A stretch of 30,402 nucleotides of DNA from Bdellovibrionales bacterium (GTDB taxonomy: Bacteria > Bdellovibrionota > Bdellovibrionia > Bdellovibrionales > UBA840): NCBI GenBank assembly GCA_037969075.1, contig JBBKWS010000139.1:1-30402 (forward strand), given 5' to 3'. Positions 26,009 through 30,402 of this stretch are shown in pieces; position 1 is the stretch's first letter, and each line of letters opens with the position of its first letter. Below the pieces are notes generated by a model. It made no database searches. It saw nothing but the letters and a program-made list of their open reading frames with translations, and was not told the origin of the DNA. The position numbers and the translations under genes were made by a program.

Positions 26009-26902
26009 ATGGCGAATAAAAAAGCAAAACTAAAATCCGATTTAATGGATCTCATTTTAGAAGATGACTTCTCTTCGAAAGAAGAAAAGACAGATGTATC
26101 TTTTGAAGAAAAGAAACAGAGAGATTTTAATGCCGAAAAAACCTCTATTGTTGAATCCAACATTGCTCTTGAGAAGGATGCCACCAATTCCTTGAAGAAA
26201 GTTAAAGACAAAATATCTAGTGTATTTAAAAAAGATGATGAGTCGACAAATAAAATAAATATAAAACAAGAAATAATTCCTGAAACAAAACAATCAGAGA
26301 ATGTTTATCAAGATAAGGTTGAAAGAGCTCATGCTTTACAACTCGCTCAGCATCGAATTCAGGAGCTAGAGTCTTTAAATGCCAAACTTGAGTATGAAGT
26401 GAGTGAGCTACGCTCATCTGGTGAAGTACTTTACACGCAAAATCAAGAGATGAAGTCTGAGATCGAAAATCTAAAGAAAGAATTAAATGATTTAAAATCA
26501 AATCATATTGCTGAGTTAGGTCATATAGAAACTAAGTCTAAATCTAAAGATAAGCAGATGGATAAACTAAAGTTACATATCGATAGTTTAGAGCTTCAGT
26601 TAAAAGTAGAATTTCAAAAAGTAAAATCAAGAGAGAGAGAGCTTGAAAACCGCATCGAAATTATGAAGATGGAGAACCAAGCAGTTTTACGTAGTAAAGA
26701 TGAATTAATATTAGAGTTAAAAAGAAATTTAGATGAAATTTCTATGGAAGTAGAGAATTTTAAAGATAAGGGTAGAGATTTGCACGTCAATTTAGAGGAT
26801 ACAAAAGAGAAAATGAGGAAATCTGTGAAGGCCCTTCGTCTAGCTCTTAGTCTTCTAGAAAATGAAGACAGCTTTGAAGATAAAAAGAAAGAATCGGCCT
26901 AG
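26009..26902 (+). CDS. Long coiled-coil protein of unknown function
   Basis: Acidic low-complexity N-terminus, then about 190 aa of continuous E/K/L-rich heptads; no TM segment or signal peptide. Confidence 0.75.
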   Translation: MANKKAKLKSDLMDLILEDDFSSKEEKTDVSFEEKKQRDFNAEKTSIVESNIALEKDATNSLKKVKDKISSVFKKDDESTNKINIKQEIIPETKQSENVYQDKVERAHALQLAQHRIQELESLNAKLEYEVSELRSSGEVLYTQNQEMKSEIENLKKELNDLKSNHIAELGHIETKSKSKDKQMDKLKLHIDSLELQLKVEFQKVKSRERELENRIEIMKMENQAVLRSKDELILELKRNLDEISMEVENFKDKGRDLHVNLEDTKEKMRKSVKALRLALSLLENEDSFEDKKKESA

Positions 26903-26925
26903 TTTGTACGTTATGTGGAGGAAAA

Positions 26926-28281
26926 ATGGCTAATATAATTTTATTTGATTTATTGCCAGAGGTAGAAAGTAGTATCAAGGTGATGTTTGAAAAAAAACAT
27001 CAGCTGCATATTACAAATCAATTTACAGAAGTTAGACAATGGATGCAAAAATATCATGTCACAAGTGTAGTGGCCTCTACGCAAACAAACTCAAAAGTAT
27101 ATGATCTATTTAAAGAATATTATCCAAACGTAGGTTTAGTTTTATTAGACAATCGACACAAAAGCACCAAATCAAATAAAGCAAGTGTACAGTACCTTCC
27201 CTTTGATCCTGCAATGGAAGATGTTGAAAAAGCAATTTCTAAAGTGGAAAGATCAGGCGCTAAGCGTATGCAATTACAGGCAGCTAAAGAAAGTCATGCT
27301 ATTTTTGAAAAGCTATATGTCGTTGACGACCATAGTCTTGATACTTTTATGGATAGATCAATTGAGGTATTGGGTTCGTATTTGAAAGCAGAAAACTTAT
27401 ATTGGGTTGAGGCTGACAAGGTAAATTACTTTGCCCATGAGATGTGGAAGGTAAGAAGTTTGACCGGACACATACAAAATAAAGGCCGTGGAGAAGAAGA
27501 AAAGGAGCTCTGTTCATTAAAGGGGGCAACTAACGTTGATCTTAATAAATGTATTCTTTTTTTAAATGAAAAGTTGGGACAAGGTTGGGAGACTATTAAA
27601 ACAGTGACTTTTAGTGATCCATTTTTAGTGATTCCAGTTCATAATAAAAATAAGACCTTAGGTTTTTTTATAGCTAAGAAACCACAAAGGTACTATCAAT
27701 ATAAGCATAATGAAGTATTTACGTTACTATCGCCATTTTTAGGTTACAGAATTGAAAGTGCAGAAGAATATAGTAAAACAAAAGATATGACCTATGTTGA
27801 TGATCTTACAGAACTGTATAATCAACGTTACCTGCCAATTGCTTTGGATGAGTGTATTGAAAAGTTTGATGAGAAGGGCGATTGTTTTTCGGTTCTATTT
27901 ATGGATGTAGATCATTTTAAAAAGGTAAATGATCACCGTGGCCATTTGACGGGCTCAAAAATATTGGTAGAAATTGGCAAGATTCTAAAAGAGAACATTC
28001 GCAGTATTGATTACGGTTTTCGTTACGGTGGTGATGAGTTTCTACTCATATTAGCAAATACAGATCCTGAGACAGCTAACGTCGTCGCAGAGCGCATTAG
28101 AAAGCATGTCGAATCTGAAGTTTTTACTGTAGAGGACAAGCAGATACAGGTGACTATGAGTATAGGTATAGCTTGTTACCCAATACATGCAAAAAATAAA
28201 AAAGAAGTATTAGAGATGGCTGACAAAGCAATGTACTATGGTAAAAATAAAAGTAGAAACATTGTATTCATGGCCAGTTAA
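26926..28281 (+). CDS. Hypr-type GGDEF enzyme (degenerate REC + GAF-like + GGDEF), predicted 3',3'-cGAMP synthase
   Basis: SD GGAGG; DDLTELYNQRY, DVDHFKKVNDHRGHLTGS (Ser344 where DGCs have Asp), RSID I-site and RYGGDEF. Confidence 0.88.
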   Translation: MANIILFDLLPEVESSIKVMFEKKHQLHITNQFTEVRQWMQKYHVTSVVASTQTNSKVYDLFKEYYPNVGLVLLDNRHKSTKSNKASVQYLPFDPAMEDVEKAISKVERSGAKRMQLQAAKESHAIFEKLYVVDDHSLDTFMDRSIEVLGSYLKAENLYWVEADKVNYFAHEMWKVRSLTGHIQNKGRGEEEKELCSLKGATNVDLNKCILFLNEKLGQGWETIKTVTFSDPFLVIPVHNKNKTLGFFIAKKPQRYYQYKHNEVFTLLSPFLGYRIESAEEYSKTKDMTYVDDLTELYNQRYLPIALDECIEKFDEKGDCFSVLFMDVDHFKKVNDHRGHLTGSKILVEIGKILKENIRSIDYGFRYGGDEFLLILANTDPETANVVAERIRKHVESEVFTVEDKQIQVTMSIGIACYPIHAKNKKEVLEMADKAMYYGKNKSRNIVFMAS

Positions 28282-29402
28282 TGAAAAAACTCAAGTTAGT
28301 AATTAGTGATTTGCATTTAAGTGCAGGAAAAACTCTAGAGGATGGATCGACCAACACTCTGGAGGAGTTCTTCTACGATCAGAAGTTCAAAGAATTTCTT
28401 CATTTCTATACCACTGGTGAATATAAAGATCATGAAGTTGAGCTGATTATTAATGGGGATTTTTTAAATTTTATACAAATGGACTATAGAGGTCATCACC
28501 TAACAGTAATTACTGAGCCGATATGCCTGGAGAAAATCAAGCGGATTATAAATGGACATAAGGTTTTTTTTGATGCTTTACGTGAATTTGCCAGTGATCC
28601 CAAGCATACAGTTAGTTATATTGTGGGAAATCATGATCAAGCAATGCTCTGGAAGAAAACAAGAGAATACTTAAATGAAGTGATCCAATCAGAGATCAAC
28701 TATAAAAACATAGTTTATTATTTTGATGGCGTACATATTGAACACGGTCATATGTATGAGGCGGCCAATCGTATTAATCCAAAAAAATTCTTCTTAAAGA
28801 AAAACCTACCAGAACCTATACTTAATTTACCATTTGGGTCTCATTTTTTTATTGAATTTGTGATGAAGTTGAAATTTAAAGATCCCCACGTGGATAAAGT
28901 ACGTCCATTCTCTAGCTTTATTCGATGGGCATTGTTTTTTGATTTTAAATTTTCAATCAAAGCCATTGCAGCGCTCTTTAAGTATTTTGTGATGGCAGCA
29001 ATTAAGCCATCACCGCATCGCGGTTGGACTGCTAAGCAATTATTAAAGATATTTGTTGAGGGAGCAATATTTCCTGATCTTAGCTATGCAGCTAAAAAAA
29101 TACTAGGCGATGATAGAGTGCAAACAGTTATTTTTGGACATACTCATGTGTATGAGTACAGGCAATGGGGTAAAAAAGAATATTTTAACACCGGCACATG
29201 GACCGAGGTAACATCTCTTGATAAATCCTCACTTGGAAAAATAACAAAACTAACATATGTTCTTTTAGAATATGTTGAGATGACAGATAAAGTAACTAAT
29301 GAAAGTAATGAAGAAGTTGAAGTTAAAAAATATGTCCCAAGGGGCCGATTGAAAGAGTGGCGAGGCTATCATCGTATCGAAGAAGATATCGTAGTTACGT
29401 AA
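28281..29402 (+). CDS. Calcineurin-like metallophosphoesterase
   Basis: All five metal-binding motifs: SDLH, NGD, GNHD, HGH, GHTH. The start overlaps the upstream stop (TAATG); no signal peptide. Confidence 0.88.
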   Translation: MKKLKLVISDLHLSAGKTLEDGSTNTLEEFFYDQKFKEFLHFYTTGEYKDHEVELIINGDFLNFIQMDYRGHHLTVITEPICLEKIKRIINGHKVFFDALREFASDPKHTVSYIVGNHDQAMLWKKTREYLNEVIQSEINYKNIVYYFDGVHIEHGHMYEAANRINPKKFFLKKNLPEPILNLPFGSHFFIEFVMKLKFKDPHVDKVRPFSSFIRWALFFDFKFSIKAIAALFKYFVMAAIKPSPHRGWTAKQLLKIFVEGAIFPDLSYAAKKILGDDRVQTVIFGHTHVYEYRQWGKKEYFNTGTWTEVTSLDKSSLGKITKLTYVLLEYVEMTDKVTNESNEEVEVKKYVPRGRLKEWRGYHRIEEDIVVT

Positions 29403-29428
29403 CTAGACCAAGACCCTATACTTTATAT

Positions 29429-29457
29429 TTGTTCCAAGTTGCTGATTTTATTATACT
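29429..29457 (+). promoter_or_regulatory. Putative sigma70 promoter of dgcB
   Basis: TTGTTC-N17-TATACT, then SD GAGGA before ATG 29479. Confidence 0.5.
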
Positions 29458-29478
29458 AGTTTTTGAGGATATAACGAC

Positions 29479-30402
29479 ATGGCAGATAACGGCGATGAAA
29501 ATTTTGATAAAACAAGCGTAGTCCCTAGCGATACATTCAAGCTTAAGATGGAAGAGGCAAAAACGAATCCGCCGACCCTTGTTTTACTCATGGGGCCTCT
29601 AAGTCAAATTGGAAAACAGTGGAAACTGGTTAGCTCTCCAATGCAAATTGGTAGATTACCGGATCTAGAAATTTCAGTTGATGATCGTAGTATTAGCCGA
29701 AAGCACGCGCAGATAAAAATGATTAACGACAAAATTTTTATAGAGGACTTGGGATCATCAAATGGTACAGAAGTAAACTCTGAAAAATTGCAGACGGGTT
29801 TAACGCGTGAGCTGATTGATAATGAGCAAATTAAAATGGGAAATGTGATATTTAAATATTTAGCTGAAGGAAATATTGAAGCCACTACCAATCAAGAGGC
29901 CATGTCTAGAGCAATTACCGATCCTTTGACTAAGGCATACAATAAACTCGCTTTTCTTGAGAAGGTGGATGAGGTCTTTAAAAAAGCCAAGCTCACTCAA
30001 GTGACACTTTCTTTAATTGTATTTGATTTAGATAAATTTAAAACGTTGAATGATAGTTTTGGGCATCAGGCTGGTGATTTTGTACTATTTGAACTTTCTA
30101 ATGTGATAAAGCAAAAGCTTAGACCAAGTGATTTCTTTAGCCGCTACGGTGGTGAAGAGTTCACTATTTTAGTTACAGGTGGAAATTTAAAGGTTTCTGT
30201 AGATCTAGCCGAGCGGATGCGGGCAGCTATTGAGAATCATGAGTTTATGTATAATGGAGTTAGGCTTCCTGTAACTATTTCCGCAGGCGTTGCAAGTTTA
30301 TTGCCTAATATGGAAAAGTGGGAAGAATTATTTGAACAGGCAGACAAAGCAGCCTATAAGTCAAAGCATGATGGAAGAAATAGAGTCTCGACAATTCAAT
30401 CT
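29479..30402 (+). CDS. dgcB: FHA-GGDEF diguanylate cyclase, Bdellovibrio DgcB orthologue (no stop codon inside the window)
   Basis: Not in the ORF track; translated by hand. MADNGDENFDKTSVVPSDTFK tail, FHA motifs IGR / SRKH / SSNGT, then DPLT, DLDKFKTLNDSFGHQAGD, RPSD I-site, RYGGEEF and GRNRV. 308 codons to the window edge. Confidence 0.92.
   Translation, partial: MADNGDENFDKTSVVPSDTFKLKMEEAKTNPPTLVLLMGPLSQIGKQWKLVSSPMQIGRLPDLEISVDDRSISRKHAQIKMINDKIFIEDLGSSNGTEVNSEKLQTGLTRELIDNEQIKMGNVIFKYLAEGNIEATTNQEAMSRAITDPLTKAYNKLAFLEKVDEVFKKAKLTQVTLSLIVFDLDKFKTLNDSFGHQAGDFVLFELSNVIKQKLRPSDFFSRYGGEEFTILVTGGNLKVSVDLAERMRAAIENHEFMYNGVRLPVTISAGVASLLPNMEKWEELFEQADKAAYKSKHDGRNRVSTIQS

Noticed and set aside
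3294..27529. Short nested ORFs (e.g. 3294, 5699, 7039, 7919, 9335, 9905, 10295, 11801, 12749-13665, 15941, 18224, 18655, 19401, 21070, 22397, 23028, 25963-26501, 27185, 27347)
   Set aside because: All lie within, or antisense to, well-supported genes and show no recognisable motifs.
26926..29402. CBASS-like anti-phage system (cGAMP synthase plus effector)
   Set aside because: The synthase is a GGDEF, not a CD-NTase; there is no SAVED, patatin, TM effector or Cap2/3 gene, and the context is core genome.
25947..29478. c-di-GMP or cGAMP (GEMM) riboswitch near the cyclases
   Set aside because: Intergenic gaps are under 80 bp and show no GEMM two-hairpin pattern.
29604..29891. 95-aa minus-strand ORF
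   Set aside because: Antisense to the FHA domain of dgcB.

Overview
AT-rich, densely packed chromosomal window, most likely from a Bdellovibrionales-like predator. The assignment rests on clear orthologues of Bdellovibrio RppH and the FHA-GGDEF cyclase DgcB, plus an AgmX/PglI-type C-terminal domain protein. It holds about 27 protein-coding genes and no rRNA, tRNA, CRISPR array or mobile element that I can see. Most genes are housekeeping or envelope genes: AI-2E transporter, asparaginase, AcuI, gcvP, GT4/GT2/ugd/WaaL-like/heptose kinase, argS, epmA, IHF, rppH, gdhA, rlmN. Main points of interest: (1) a cyclic-dinucleotide cluster in which a Hypr-type GGDEF (GHLTGS, predicted 3',3'-cGAMP synthase) is translationally coupled to a calcineurin-like metallophosphoesterase and followed by DgcB; (2) an ArgRS with a ~110-aa PheT-B2/Trbp111-like tRNA-binding OB fold inserted in its catalytic domain; (3) a recurring -35/N16-17/-10/N6-7/ATG layout, mostly with no Shine-Dalgarno, at 8-9 genes, suggesting frequent leaderless mRNAs; (4) a TIGR01212 radical SAM gene near a stand-alone MnmC methyltransferase domain; (5) an EpmA with an N-terminal OB-like extension; (6) two sigma54 promoters, one driving a repeat-expanded DUF1640 coiled-coil protein. 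All family assignments come from motif recognition by eye; no searches were run.
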